From an uncultured Gemmatimonadales bacterium (GTDB lineage Bacteria > Gemmatimonadota > Gemmatimonadetes > Longimicrobiales > RSA9), in contig CAWCRS010000004.1 in assembly GCA_963798085.1 (NCBI GenBank), positions 32,001 to 96,000 of the forward strand: a DNA stretch of 64,000 bases, given 5' to 3'. A program made the translations under genes and the position numbers. The notes under the pieces were generated by a model. It ran no database searches and was not told where the DNA came from. It saw nothing but the letters and a program-made list of their open reading frames with translations. Position 1 is the first letter of the stretch; each line of letters starts with the position of its first letter. This document shows, piece by piece, positions 48,638 through 58,949 of the stretch.

Positions 48638-49414
48638 TCTTTGTCTCCGGTGTGACCACGTGTCCGTTCTGCGGGCGCGTGATGTACGAGATCGATGACC
48701 TGATCGCGTTGCAGCCGTGGCCGGGTACGAGCGCACTGCCCGGCTTCCAGTCCGTGGTGGCGCATTACGACGATTTCCTGCGCAGTCCGATTCGCAATGG
48801 CTACCTGGACGCCGCTGCGAAGGCGCAGGCAGCGCAGCTGGCGCGCGCCAGCGACGCGTACCAGTCACGCATCAGCCTCGACTCGGACTTCGGGCTGATC
48901 TGGCTGCCGTTCGCGAAGGAGCTCCGGCTGCACTATGTGCGCTGGAGCCGCCAGGCGACGTTTCGCTCGCTGGCTGCGTGGCGCTCGTTTCTGGGTGCGC
49001 TGCTGGGCATCGATCCGGGCCCGCCACTGCCGCCGGAACCGGTCGCCGTGATCGAGCACGGCGTCAATGTGGTCATCCACCACTTCCGCGAGGTGCCGGT
49101 CATCCTCACACTTCCGCAGGCCCTCGCGCTGCGGCTCGCGCAACTGCTGGAACTGGATGGCGGCGCGCCGGATCGCGTGCTGGATTTCGGCGCCGCCGCC
49201 GCGCGCGTGGGCGCGAGGGCGGAATGCGGCCAATGCGCCGTTCGAGCGGCTGCGCGGCAGACTGGAACAGCGCGAAACACTGTCCGACGGCAGGGTCGAG
49301 TTCACGGTGGCGGTGAAAGCAGAGAATCGCGTCGAGCTGACGGGCAGCCAGTTCGAGCGGCTCAAGCGCTTCTGCAGCAATGCGGACGCGCGCGTGCGCG
49401 AGCTGGCGTGGTGA
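48634..49414 (+). CDS. Putative cognate immunity protein with N-terminal CxxC, ~259 aa; probable +1 frameshift at ~49220
   Basis: ATGA overlap with the toxin stop; 'MIFVSGVTTCPFCG'; coding-like codon usage switches to the frame ending 49414. Confidence 0.55.
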
Positions 49415-49504
49415 TGGGCGGCATTGTGTGCTGCCTTGCGCGTGGATGTCTGCAGCGCGAGCTGCCGGATGACGGGGTCATACTGACCAGGGAGGCATGA
49501 CGGC

Positions 49505-51514
49505 ATGGCCATATACACACAGGCGAACCGGCCAATGCGTGTGGACACGGTGCTGGGCAGCGATGTCCTGCTGCTCGAAGGATTCCAGGGCACAGAATCG
49601 GTTTCCGAGCCGTTCGCGTTCCGGCTGGACCTGCTCTCCGAGACGGAGGACCTCGATCCGCTCGAGGTGCTGCGCAAGCCCATGCAGATCACGCTGCAGC
49701 TGCACAACGGCGGACCGCGTGTGATCCATGGGCTGGTGCGGCGCTTCGCGCAATTGGGGCAGGAGCGGCACCTGACACACTACCGTGCGGAACTCGTGCC
49801 CTGGCTCTCCTTTCTGGCGCTGTCGCGCGACTCCCGCATCTACCAGAGGCTCACGGTACCGGAAATCATCGAGCAGGTGTTCCGCGCGCTGGGCTACAGC
49901 GACTTCGAGTTCCGCACGCAGCAGAGCTACCCGAAGCGCGAGTATTGCGTGCAGTACCGGGAGACGCATCTGGACTTCGTTTCCCGGCTCATGGAGGAGG
50001 AGGGACTGTTCTATTTCTTCGAGCACACGCCCGACCGCCATCTGCTTGTGGTAGGCGACAGTAACATCGTGTTCGACCCGTGTCCGGGCCAGAGCCGTCT
50101 GCGTTTTCATCCGCAGGCGCCGCCTGATGACAATGTGGTGCGCTCGTTCGAGCAGGAGATGGCCGCGTGGGTGGGTCGGGTGACGTTGCGCGCCTACGAC
50201 TTCACGCACCCCGCGCTCGACCTGGAGAGTTCAACGGCCGGTTCCGGCGTCGAGGAGGTGTACGACTATCCCGGCAAGTACGTGACGCTGAGCGATGGGG
50301 ACCGGCTCGCCCGGCTGCGGCTGGAGGCCGAGGAAGTGACGCGCCGGCTGCTGCGCGGCGGTGGCAGTGCGCGCGCGCTCGTGAGCGGCGCGCGGTTCGA
50401 GCTGGACGAGCACTATCGCACTTCGATGAACGCGGAATACATCCTGCTGCGGGTGCAGCATCGCGCGGCCATGGGCGGGTACCGCGGGCAGGATTCTAAC
50501 AGCGAGTTGGACTACCAGAACGAATTCCTGGCCCTGCCCGCGGATACGACCTACCGAACCGCCCGCCGCACGCCTCGCCCGCTCATCCACGGCACACAGA
50601 CCGCGCTGGTGGTGGGCCCCGCAGGCGAAGAGATCCACACGGACAAGTACGGCCGCGTCAAGGTGCAGTTCTACTGGGATCGCGTGGGCCACAGGAACGA
50701 GGACAGCTCCTGCTGGGTGCGCGTGGGCACGCCGTGGGCCGGCAAGGGCTACGGCAACATCACGATTCCGCGCATTGGCAATGAAGTCATCGTGCAGTTC
50801 CTGGAGGGTGACCCGGACCAGCCGCTTATCATGGGCGCCGTGTTCAACGCGGACCAGGCGGTGCCTTTCGATCTGCCGGGTTCCGGCATACAGCAGGGGA
50901 TCAAGTCGCGCAGCTCGCCGGGCGGTGGGGGCAACAACGAGATCTCGGTGACGGATACGAAGGGCAGCGAACTGATGAACATTCACGCCGCGTTCGACCA
51001 GACGGAATCGGTGGGTCATGATCAGAGCAGCACGGTGGGCAACAACCGGTCGTCCACGGTAGCGGTCAATGATTCAGAGACCATCGGTTCCAAACAGACC
51101 ATCGCAGTGGGCTCGGATCAGGGAATCAGCGTGGGTGGCAACCAGCACGTCACGGTGGGCGGGGATCGCGCAGTGTCGGTGGCCGGCAACGACTCGCTGG
51201 CGGTCGGTGCCGCGCGCCAGGTCGCCTCGGGCGGCGACATGAGCCTGCACGCCGGCGGCGATTTCTCGGCATCCGCTGCGGGCAAGGTGAGCACGTCGAG
51301 CGGCGCCGCCACGAATCTCACCGTGGGCGCGGCGTTCAAGGCCACCGTTGCCGCCACGGCGGACATCTCGGCGGGCGGTGCCGTCACCATTTCGGGTTCC
51401 AAGATCACACTGAGCGCGGGCGGCTCGAGTATCGAGATCGGCCCTGCCGGCGTCACATTGACGACGGGCGGCCCCATAACGCTCAAGGGCGCCATCATCA
51501 AGGACAACTGCTGA
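49505..51514 (+). CDS. vgrG: VgrG (TssI) spike protein 2, 669 aa
   Basis: Same VgrG motifs; GGAGG RBS; C-terminal VG.(N/D).S octapeptide repeats. Confidence 0.95.
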   Translation: MAIYTQANRPMRVDTVLGSDVLLLEGFQGTESVSEPFAFRLDLLSETEDLDPLEVLRKPMQITLQLHNGGPRVIHGLVRRFAQLGQERHLTHYRAELVPWLSFLALSRDSRIYQRLTVPEIIEQVFRALGYSDFEFRTQQSYPKREYCVQYRETHLDFVSRLMEEEGLFYFFEHTPDRHLLVVGDSNIVFDPCPGQSRLRFHPQAPPDDNVVRSFEQEMAAWVGRVTLRAYDFTHPALDLESSTAGSGVEEVYDYPGKYVTLSDGDRLARLRLEAEEVTRRLLRGGGSARALVSGARFELDEHYRTSMNAEYILLRVQHRAAMGGYRGQDSNSELDYQNEFLALPADTTYRTARRTPRPLIHGTQTALVVGPAGEEIHTDKYGRVKVQFYWDRVGHRNEDSSCWVRVGTPWAGKGYGNITIPRIGNEVIVQFLEGDPDQPLIMGAVFNADQAVPFDLPGSGIQQGIKSRSSPGGGGNNEISVTDTKGSELMNIHAAFDQTESVGHDQSSTVGNNRSSTVAVNDSETIGSKQTIAVGSDQGISVGGNQHVTVGGDRAVSVAGNDSLAVGAARQVASGGDMSLHAGGDFSASAAGKVSTSSGAATNLTVGAAFKATVAATADISAGGAVTISGSKITLSAGGSSIEIGPAGVTLTTGGPITLKGAIIKDNC

Positions 51515-51572
51515 GGCGGCCGCCGGCAGTTCTGAGGCTCACATGCAGCAGCGGAAGCGGAGAGAGTGCAGA

Positions 51573-51953
51573 ATGGAAAGCGTCGCATTGATCGCGCAGC
51601 AACAGCTCGTTATCGAGCGCGGCGAGCGCGAGGACACACTGCAGCTGTTCCAGGGCAACGGCCGGCTCACACTCACCGTGCGCATCACGGCGGACGGCCC
51701 CGTCCTCGAAGTGGCAGGCGGGAGTGTGGCCATTCGCGCCAGCGGCGCGCTGTCGATCAATGCGCAGCGCGTTGCCATCCGGGCGCGGGATGGCTTCGAT
51801 CTCGAGAGCGGCGGGGACGCGCGCATCACGGCCGGTGGAACGCTCGAGATCGCAGCGGAACGGCAGCAGGTGACGGCGCGCTCGGGTGATGTGCGCGTGC
51901 GCGCCAACAATGACGTCCTGCTGGATGGCGAACGCATCCGCATGAACTGCTGA
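51573..51953 (+). CDS. Small beta-strand-rich protein resembling a VgrG/gp5 C-terminal tip segment, ~126 aa
   Basis: Repeating 'S.AIRASGALSINAQRVAIRA..FDLESGGDARITAGG.LEI' pattern; ends DGERIRMNC. Confidence 0.55.
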   Translation: MESVALIAQQQLVIERGEREDTLQLFQGNGRLTLTVRITADGPVLEVAGGSVAIRASGALSINAQRVAIRARDGFDLESGGDARITAGGTLEIAAERQQVTARSGDVRVRANNDVLLDGERIRMNC

Positions 51954-51960
51954 GGCCGGC

Positions 51961-52296
51961 ATGATCGAGAGCGCGCGTGACGTGATGGTGGCGATCGCCC
52001 TGGATCTTCGGCTCGGGCAGCTGCGCGAGCGGCAGATGGAACTGCTGGAGGCGGGCGAGCGCCTGCCCGTCGACTTCTGGGTGGCCGGACAGCGCGCCAT
52101 CCGGGATGCGTTGCTCGCGCGCTTCTATCACGAGGAGCTGCGCGTGGCGCTGTCAGGCGAGGGCGAGCGGGGCCGCAGTGATGAGGAGGCGTTCGACGCA
52201 CGCGAGTCCAGACTTGCCGAGTACGCGATCCTGCTCACCCACCGGCGTCTGGTCGACATGCCCTGCGTGGGCGATCCCGCCGTGCGCGACGACTGA
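51961..52296 (+). CDS. Hypothetical protein, 111 aa
   Basis: Coding-like codon usage; stop overlaps the next ATG (TGATG). Confidence 0.6.
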   Translation: MIESARDVMVAIALDLRLGQLRERQMELLEAGERLPVDFWVAGQRAIRDALLARFYHEELRVALSGEGERGRSDEEAFDARESRLAEYAILLTHRRLVDMPCVGDPAVRDD

Positions 52297-53279
52297 TGGA
52301 ATTCACCAACGACACGACGCTGCCCGCAGCGCTGGCGCGCGGCTCGACGAGCGAGCGGGAAATGGTGGGCGTCGCGGCCATGAAGGTCACGTGTCGCGTC
52401 GAGGAAGGGCGTCTCGTGCGCTGTGCCGATGCCAATGCCTGGCCCGTTTTCGAAACGCCCTTCGCGTTCGGCGGCGTGACGCTGGGCCCGGACGTGGATT
52501 TCCGGAAACGCGCCACGGATCTCATCGTGTTCGGCTCGGCGTTCGCGCCCGGCGGTGAGCCGGTGACACGGATGCAGCTCGGCATCTATTGCGGCGCGAT
52601 ACGTTTCGAGCTCGACGTCTTCGGCGACCGCTACTGGCAGAAGCGAGGCCGCAAGGTGCTGATGACCGACGCCGAGCCGTTCACGACGATGCCGCTGACG
52701 AATGATCGTGCGTACGGCGGCGTCGGCTACCACGATGGGCTGCCCGTGCCGCATTCCGTGAACCCGCGCGGCCGCGGCTTCTGCATGACGGCGGACGACA
52801 CACACGACAAGCCGCTGCCGAATCTGGAGCGACCGGAGTCACCGATCGCGAGCTGGGAGGATCGGCCGTCGCCGGCGTGCCTTTTCCGCACGCAGGCGCC
52901 CTTCATCGATGCCGCTCTGCTGGAGCGGCCGCCACTGGAGATCGCAGCACAGCTGATGGAGAGTGCGGGACAGGACGCGGTGCCCGAGCTGGTCGCGCAA
53001 CCCGGACAGCTGGGCGAACAGCTGACCCTGCGGGGATTCCATCCGGACGGCGATCTGACGCTGCCGCTGCCACCCTACAGCGGGCCCGTGCTGACCGTGT
53101 CGGTGGGTGCATCGCGCAGCCGATTCCCCACCACGATCGGCGCCGTGATCGTGCTGGTCGAGGACCCGGTGGTGATCATCACGTATCGGTGCGCGTTCCG
53201 TTACCTGTTCCGGCCCGGCGAGCAGCGCTGGGCGCGACTGGCCTGGCCCAGCCGTTCGGCGGCTGCGGCCAGCGCGTGA
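52296..53279 (+). CDS. DUF2169 T6SS adaptor/chaperone, 327 aa
   Basis: 'MEFTN.T', 'K.T', 'K.ATDLIV.G.A.AP', 'VFGDRYW', 'PF..MPL...AYGG', 'NP.GRGF', 'LPNLE.P'. Confidence 0.85.
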   Translation: MEFTNDTTLPAALARGSTSEREMVGVAAMKVTCRVEEGRLVRCADANAWPVFETPFAFGGVTLGPDVDFRKRATDLIVFGSAFAPGGEPVTRMQLGIYCGAIRFELDVFGDRYWQKRGRKVLMTDAEPFTTMPLTNDRAYGGVGYHDGLPVPHSVNPRGRGFCMTADDTHDKPLPNLERPESPIASWEDRPSPACLFRTQAPFIDAALLERPPLEIAAQLMESAGQDAVPELVAQPGQLGEQLTLRGFHPDGDLTLPLPPYSGPVLTVSVGASRSRFPTTIGAVIVLVEDPVVIITYRCAFRYLFRPGEQRWARLAWPSRSAAAASA

Positions 53280-54580
53280 GCGTCGACATGAATTCGCCCG
53301 CTCGTCCCGTGCCTCAGCCGGTGCCCCTGGATGCAGCCAATCCCGGCGAGGTGATGCAGCTGCCCGAGCGGCCGCCGCCGTCGACCCTGCGCGTCGTGAT
53401 GCTGACGCCGGAATCGGAAACCGAGCTGGGCTTCGTGTACAAGCGGACCTACGACCTGGACGCGACCGGCCGGCCGGTGAGCCTCTCCGATGAGCAGCCG
53501 CCGCTCGACGAGGAGGGCTCGCTGCACGAACCTCTCGAACCGGGCGCGCTGCCGTCGTTCAGATCGTTGCCCGAGGTGGTGGCGTTCAAGACCGGCACCG
53601 ATGTCGTGATCCGCGCGGCCGCGCGACCGCCACGGCCCGTAGCGGAATGGAGTGTGGAAGCGCGGGTCGGCCCGTGGGTGCACGCGGCGCACGTCAGCGG
53701 CCCGCGCCAGGCGGAGTGGCGCAACGGCCACATCCGGTTCACGCCACCGGCGCCGTTCGAGACGATGCCGCTGCGCATGGAGAATGCCTATGGCGGGCGC
53801 GATTTCCATAGTGAATCCGCGCTGCTGCAGGAAGTGCAGAGCCTGACGTCTGCGGAGAGCCTGCGGCGGGCGCGACCGTCGCTGGAGGGCATCTTCGGGG
53901 AGAACCACCCGCTCATGTATCCGCGCAATCGCTTCGGCAAGGGCTACGTGCTGCGGGCGACGGCGGAGGCAGTGCACGGGCGGGAGCTGCCCTGCGTGGA
54001 GCGTCCGGACGACAGGTTGACACCGGAGCGGCTCCTGGCTTCGGAGCTGGCGTGGAGCGCGCAGCCGCTGCCCGCGTCGTTCGATTATCTCGATCCATTC
54101 TCCTTCCCGCGCAGCGCCATGCTGGGAATGCCGCCAGCCGCCGACCCGCCGGTTGCGGACGACGTTGCGGAAGTACGCATGGGCCTCATTCCCGCCGGCT
54201 ACTGCCTGGGCAATCTGCTGCTGACGCAGCCGCAGGAGATGTGGCGGTGCATTCATCCGTGGGCCAGCCGCTGCGCGCAGCCCGGTCTCTGCCTGCCCTT
54301 CCTGAAGGGCGATGAGTGGATCGTGCTGAGCGGGATGGATGCGCACATCGCGGAGCTGCAGATCCCGCTGCCCCGTGAGCGGCCCGAGCTGACGCTGCCC
54401 TCGTGGCTGTCTTCGCCCCGCGTGCTGACCGGAGTGCTGAACCTGGTTTTCCTCGATGTCGATGCGCGGCGGCTGAGTCTGATCTGGTCGGCACGCGGCG
54501 TACTGCGCCGCACCGTACTGCCCAGCCAGCTTCCCGAGATCGAGGCGACGAGCGCATTGCGCATGATCGAGGTGCAATAG
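53276..54580 (+). CDS. DUF2169 T6SS adaptor/chaperone, ~434 aa
   Basis: 'YKRTY', 'FKTGTDVV', 'PFETMPLR.E.AYGG.D', 'YPRN.FGKGY', 'LP.VE.P.D.LTPE', 'LPFLKGDE'; GTGA overlap. Confidence 0.85.
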   Translation: MSVDMNSPARPVPQPVPLDAANPGEVMQLPERPPPSTLRVVMLTPESETELGFVYKRTYDLDATGRPVSLSDEQPPLDEEGSLHEPLEPGALPSFRSLPEVVAFKTGTDVVIRAAARPPRPVAEWSVEARVGPWVHAAHVSGPRQAEWRNGHIRFTPPAPFETMPLRMENAYGGRDFHSESALLQEVQSLTSAESLRRARPSLEGIFGENHPLMYPRNRFGKGYVLRATAEAVHGRELPCVERPDDRLTPERLLASELAWSAQPLPASFDYLDPFSFPRSAMLGMPPAADPPVADDVAEVRMGLIPAGYCLGNLLLTQPQEMWRCIHPWASRCAQPGLCLPFLKGDEWIVLSGMDAHIAELQIPLPRERPELTLPSWLSSPRVLTGVLNLVFLDVDARRLSLIWSARGVLRRTVLPSQLPEIEATSALRMIEVQ

Positions 54581-55696
54581 TGCGCGCCGCCAAGAAGCCA
54601 TCGATCTTCGGGCTCGGCCTGGATCCGCACGCGGCACTGCCACCCAGCCTGCCGCCGGTGCCCCCGGCCCCCGCGAATCCGGCACCGGTCCCCGTGCAGC
54701 CGTGGGTTCACTTCATTGTGAACCCGGTCATGGGCTGGATCCTCACCGGCAAATGGTCGCAGCTCTCCGTCGCCACGGAAGGGGCAGCGACGATTCTGTG
54801 GCAGCACGACTGGGGCCCGCTGCAGCCGCACAAGATCATTCCCGCACCGGTCACCAAGACGCCATCGACGCTGCTGCTGCTGCTCGGCTCGTCGGCCAAG
54901 TACTATCTGCCGTCGTTCTCCGTCAAGCAGCCGCAGGACGGCGCCATCCACACGGGCTCGGCCACACCGGTCGCCATCTGTTTCCCGGCGTACTGCATTG
55001 TGATGGAGACGTGCGCCGACATTTCCACGAAAGGGTTCAACATCCCGCTCCCCGCCATGTGCCTGCAGTCGATGACGACGCGCTGGGTGGGTTTCAGCAT
55101 GGGCGATTTTCTGGCCGGCATCATCGGCGTGGCCGGCGACTGCATCGCCTCTCTCGTGATCTCGCATTTCGGCGGCAAGCTCTTCTCCGGACTCAGTGAT
55201 AACCAGCTGTTTGGGGGACTGGGGGGCAGCGGCGCCAACCTGGCGGGCGGTGCCATCGGGAACTACCCGATGGCCTTCGTCGGCTTCCTGTTCACCTTTG
55301 CCATGTTCGGCGCCATGCACGGCGAGGGCGAAATCAGCTCGCCCACACTGCAGGGCATTGGCGGCGTGCTGGCCGCGCCGGTCATCTCCGTGGGCCGCGG
55401 GTGTGGCGGCGACCGCGGTCGGCGATGCGATCGGCTCGAAGCCCGGTGATGCCCAGGCGGGCTGGGAGCAGGCGCCTGCCGACGATGCCCCGACTACACC
55501 CCCGCCGGCGCCATCCGCGCCCCCATCGTCGAGCGCAACCCCGTCGTCGACCGCGCCCCCGGCGCCCACCGCACCAGCGACGGCCGGGACGGGACCGGGT
55601 GATGCCGGCGCGTCGTCGCCTGCACCACCGCCCGCACAAGGCGGCGGCAACGACAGCTCGGGCGGCGTCTGCACACCGCCACCGCCATGGCTCTGA
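54580..55696 (+). CDS. Divergent PAAR-like protein with Gly-rich hydrophobic segments and Pro-rich tail, ~371 aa; probable +1 frameshift at ~55393
   Basis: GTG overlaps the upstream TAG. 'GLDPH..P..P', 'HDWG..QPH' and 'TCAD..RWVGFS' parallel 'GVDVH', 'SCSD..VLVGVS' of 60143-60925. Removing one G in GTGGGCC joins it to the frame ending 55696. Confidence 0.55.
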
Positions 55697-55841
55697 TGCA
55701 ACCACGCGCGGCGCGGCCTGCGCGGCAGCCCGAGCCATCTCCTGCGACCGCCTTGCCGTGCGCGGACCCACCCGCATACTGATCGCATGCCGGCAGTTCG
55801 CGGCGCCCGGCTGAACCTGAACAAGCAGAGCGGAGCCTCTC

Positions 55842-57836
55842 ATGGCGATATACACACAGGCGAACCGGCCAATGCGTGTGGACACGGTGCTCGATCCCGA
55901 TGTCCTGCTGCTCGACAGCATGCGCGGCATCGAAGGCATTTCCCAGCCTTTCAGCTTCCACCTCGACCTGCTGTCCGAGGACAAGAGCATGGAACCCATG
56001 GCGCTGCTGCGCACGCCCATGGTGGTCACCATGAATCTGCACAATGGCGGCAAACGCTTCATTCACGGACTGGTCAGCCGCTTCGTGCAGCTGGGGCAGA
56101 AGGAAGAGCTGACCGCGTACCGCGCCGACATCGTGCCCTGGAGCTGGTTTCTCTCGCTGTCGCGCGAATCGCGCATTTATCAGAAGCTCAGTGTGCCGGA
56201 CATCATCGAGAAGGTCATCAGGGACCAGGGTTACAGCGACTTCGAATTCCGCTGCAACCAGAAACACGAGCCGCGCGAGTACTGCGTGCAGTACCGCGAA
56301 TCGCACCTCAACTTCATTTCCCGCCTCATGGAGGAAGAGGGCATCTTCTACTTCTTCGAGCACACGCAGGACAAGCACATGCTGGTGATAACAGACCATA
56401 ACGGGGCAATGGCTCCGTGTCCGGAACTGAGCGAGGTGCGCTTCCATTCGCAGGCTGCGCCCGATGAGGATGTGGTGCGCTCGATCGAGCACGAGATGTC
56501 GGCGTGGGTGGGCACGGTGACGCTGCGCGACTACGACTTCACGCATCCGTCACTGAGCCTGGAAAGCTCGCTGACGGGCGGCGGTGTGGAAGAGGTCTAC
56601 GACTATCCGGGCCGCTACCTCACGCTGGCGGAAGGCGAACGCTTCGCGCGACTGCAGCTGGAGGCGGAAGAGGCCATGCGCGTGCAGCTGCGCGGCGCGG
56701 GAAGCTGCCGCTCCTTCGTGAGTGGCGGCACCTTCGAGCTGCAGGACTACTACCGGCCCGAATACAACGACGAGTACATCCTGGTGCGCGTGCAGCACGT
56801 CGGTCACGTGGGCGGTTACCGCAGCGCAGAAGCCGCCGGTGGCATCGACTATCACAACGACTTCGTCGCCATTCCGGCGGACACCGTCTATCGCACGCCC
56901 CGGCGCACGCCGCGGCCCGTGATCCACGGCACGCAGACGGCACTGGTGGTGGGTCCGGCGGGCGAAGAGATCTATACCGACAAGTTCGGCCGCGTGAAGG
57001 TACAGTTCTACTGGGATCGCGTGGGCAAGCGCAACGAGAACAGCTCGTGCTGGGTGCGCGTCGCTTCGCCCTGGGCGGGCAAGGGTTACGGCAACGTCAC
57101 CATCCCGCGCATCAATAACGAAGTGGTAGTCCATTTCCTCGAAGGCGATCCCGACAGGCCCCTGATCCTGGGCAGCGTCTACAATGCCGAGCAGGCCGTG
57201 CCCTTCGAGCTGCCGGGCTCGGGCATCCAGCAGGGCATCAAGTCACGCAGCTCGCCGGGCGGCGGCGGCCACAACGAGATCACCGTGACGGATACGAAGG
57301 GCAAGGAGAAGATGACGATCCATGCCCAGTACGACCGCAGCACCAAAGTCGGTCACGATGATACGATCAGCGTCACGAACGATCGCTCCATGACCGTCAC
57401 GGGCAAGCTCACCGAGACGATCAAGGGCAACACGACGGTCACCGTGCAGGAGGGGAATCACGCGTTCACGGTGTCGTCGGGCAAGAGCGATGTCACCGTG
57501 AAGGCGGGACTCACGGTGAAGGTGACGGACGGAGCGCTGACGGAGAACGCCAAGACCAACGTCGAGATCACGTCGGACACGGCGGCGATTCACCTGAAGG
57601 CCGCGACCGAGATCAAGCTTTCGGTGGGCGCCAGCACCATCCTGATGAAGAGCGATGGCAGTATCAAGATCAATGGCAAGGCGGTTGCCATCGAAGGCTC
57701 GCAGAAGGTGGGCATCCATGGTGGTGAAGTTTCATCGAAGGCGGATGGCACGAACGAGATCAAGGGCGCAATGGTGCTGTCCGATGGCGCCGCCAAGAAT
57801 ACCGTCAAGGGCGGCATGGTCATGCTGAACCCGTAG
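55842..57836 (+). CDS. vgrG: VgrG (TssI) spike protein 3, 664 aa
   Basis: VgrG motifs; first ~50 nt nearly identical to vgrG2. Confidence 0.95.
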   Translation: MAIYTQANRPMRVDTVLDPDVLLLDSMRGIEGISQPFSFHLDLLSEDKSMEPMALLRTPMVVTMNLHNGGKRFIHGLVSRFVQLGQKEELTAYRADIVPWSWFLSLSRESRIYQKLSVPDIIEKVIRDQGYSDFEFRCNQKHEPREYCVQYRESHLNFISRLMEEEGIFYFFEHTQDKHMLVITDHNGAMAPCPELSEVRFHSQAAPDEDVVRSIEHEMSAWVGTVTLRDYDFTHPSLSLESSLTGGGVEEVYDYPGRYLTLAEGERFARLQLEAEEAMRVQLRGAGSCRSFVSGGTFELQDYYRPEYNDEYILVRVQHVGHVGGYRSAEAAGGIDYHNDFVAIPADTVYRTPRRTPRPVIHGTQTALVVGPAGEEIYTDKFGRVKVQFYWDRVGKRNENSSCWVRVASPWAGKGYGNVTIPRINNEVVVHFLEGDPDRPLILGSVYNAEQAVPFELPGSGIQQGIKSRSSPGGGGHNEITVTDTKGKEKMTIHAQYDRSTKVGHDDTISVTNDRSMTVTGKLTETIKGNTTVTVQEGNHAFTVSSGKSDVTVKAGLTVKVTDGALTENAKTNVEITSDTAAIHLKAATEIKLSVGASTILMKSDGSIKINGKAVAIEGSQKVGIHGGEVSSKADGTNEIKGAMVLSDGAAKNTVKGGMVMLNP

Positions 57837-57851
57837 GCGAAGCGCACCTCG

Positions 57852-58949
57852 ATGGCAGCAACGGCGGCAAGCGAAGTCACGGCGATCCTGCCCGGTCGGG
57901 ATGGCGGGGGCGACATCTTCGCGGTTCTGGTCAAGCGCACGTACGACATGCGGGCCGACGGCCTGCTCGAGCGCTGTGAGAAGGCGCGCCCCTTCACGGC
58001 AGTGGACCAGTACTACGACGGCGGCGATGCGGAAACGTCGACCGTACAGCACGAGTGCGATCTGGTGCCGTTCAAGGCGGCCACTGACGTGGTGTGTGTG
58101 GGCAGTGCCTGGGCTCCGGGCGGCATCGCTGTGACGCACATGGATGTGTCCCTCAGCGTGAGCGGAGTGACGCGTACCCTGCGCGTGATCGGCGACCGCA
58201 GGTGCCTGTATCGTCAGGGTGGCTTGCCGCTCTTCACCGACCCCGCGCCATTCGTCTGGATGCCCATCCGCTACGACAACGCCTACGGCGGCGAGGATCA
58301 TTTCAGTAATCCGGAGTTAGCATTCCACTATCCGCGCAATTTCCGCGGCAAGGGCGTGGTGGTGCGCAACATCCCGGAGGCTGTGGAAGGCCTGCCGCTT
58401 CCCAATCTGGAGGATCCTGCCGATCTGCTGACACCCGAGCGACTGCTGATCCACGATCCCGACCTGTGGAACGACGCGCCGCTGCCGCAGGGCCTGGGGT
58501 GGTTCCCGAAGACATTCTATCCGCGCTGCTCGTTCGTCGGCTCCATACCGGGGCGCATGGATCCGGACACCGTGATGCGCGAGGAACGCCTGGGCCTCGT
58601 GCCGCAGCGGCAGATCGCACGGTTCCGACAGCGCAAGCTGCCCAGCTTCGATGTGCGCTTCAACAACGGCGCCTCGCCTGGACTCGCGCTGCCCTACCTC
58701 GCCGGACGCGAAACCGTGCTGCTGCAGGGCCTGCACCCGGACGGTCCGCTGACATTGGAGTTACCGGGTGATGTGCCCGGCATGACCCTGGACATTGGCG
58801 CCGGCGAGACCGCGCTCGACCCCGTGCTGCAGACCGTCTGCATCCGCATGGACGACGTGCAGGTCGATCTGGTGTGGGCGGGCGCATACGCGTGGGCCGG
58901 CATCGAAGCTGCGGATCAGCTCACGAAGATGGAAGCGGTGGTGTGGTGA
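57852..58949 (+). CDS. DUF2169 T6SS adaptor/chaperone, 365 aa
   Basis: 'VKRTY', 'PFKAATDVV..GSAWAP', 'VIGDR', 'MPIRY..AYGG', 'LPNLEDP', 'FNNGA.PGL'. Confidence 0.88.
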   Translation: MAATAASEVTAILPGRDGGGDIFAVLVKRTYDMRADGLLERCEKARPFTAVDQYYDGGDAETSTVQHECDLVPFKAATDVVCVGSAWAPGGIAVTHMDVSLSVSGVTRTLRVIGDRRCLYRQGGLPLFTDPAPFVWMPIRYDNAYGGEDHFSNPELAFHYPRNFRGKGVVVRNIPEAVEGLPLPNLEDPADLLTPERLLIHDPDLWNDAPLPQGLGWFPKTFYPRCSFVGSIPGRMDPDTVMREERLGLVPQRQIARFRQRKLPSFDVRFNNGASPGLALPYLAGRETVLLQGLHPDGPLTLELPGDVPGMTLDIGAGETALDPVLQTVCIRMDDVQVDLVWAGAYAWAGIEAADQLTKMEAVVW

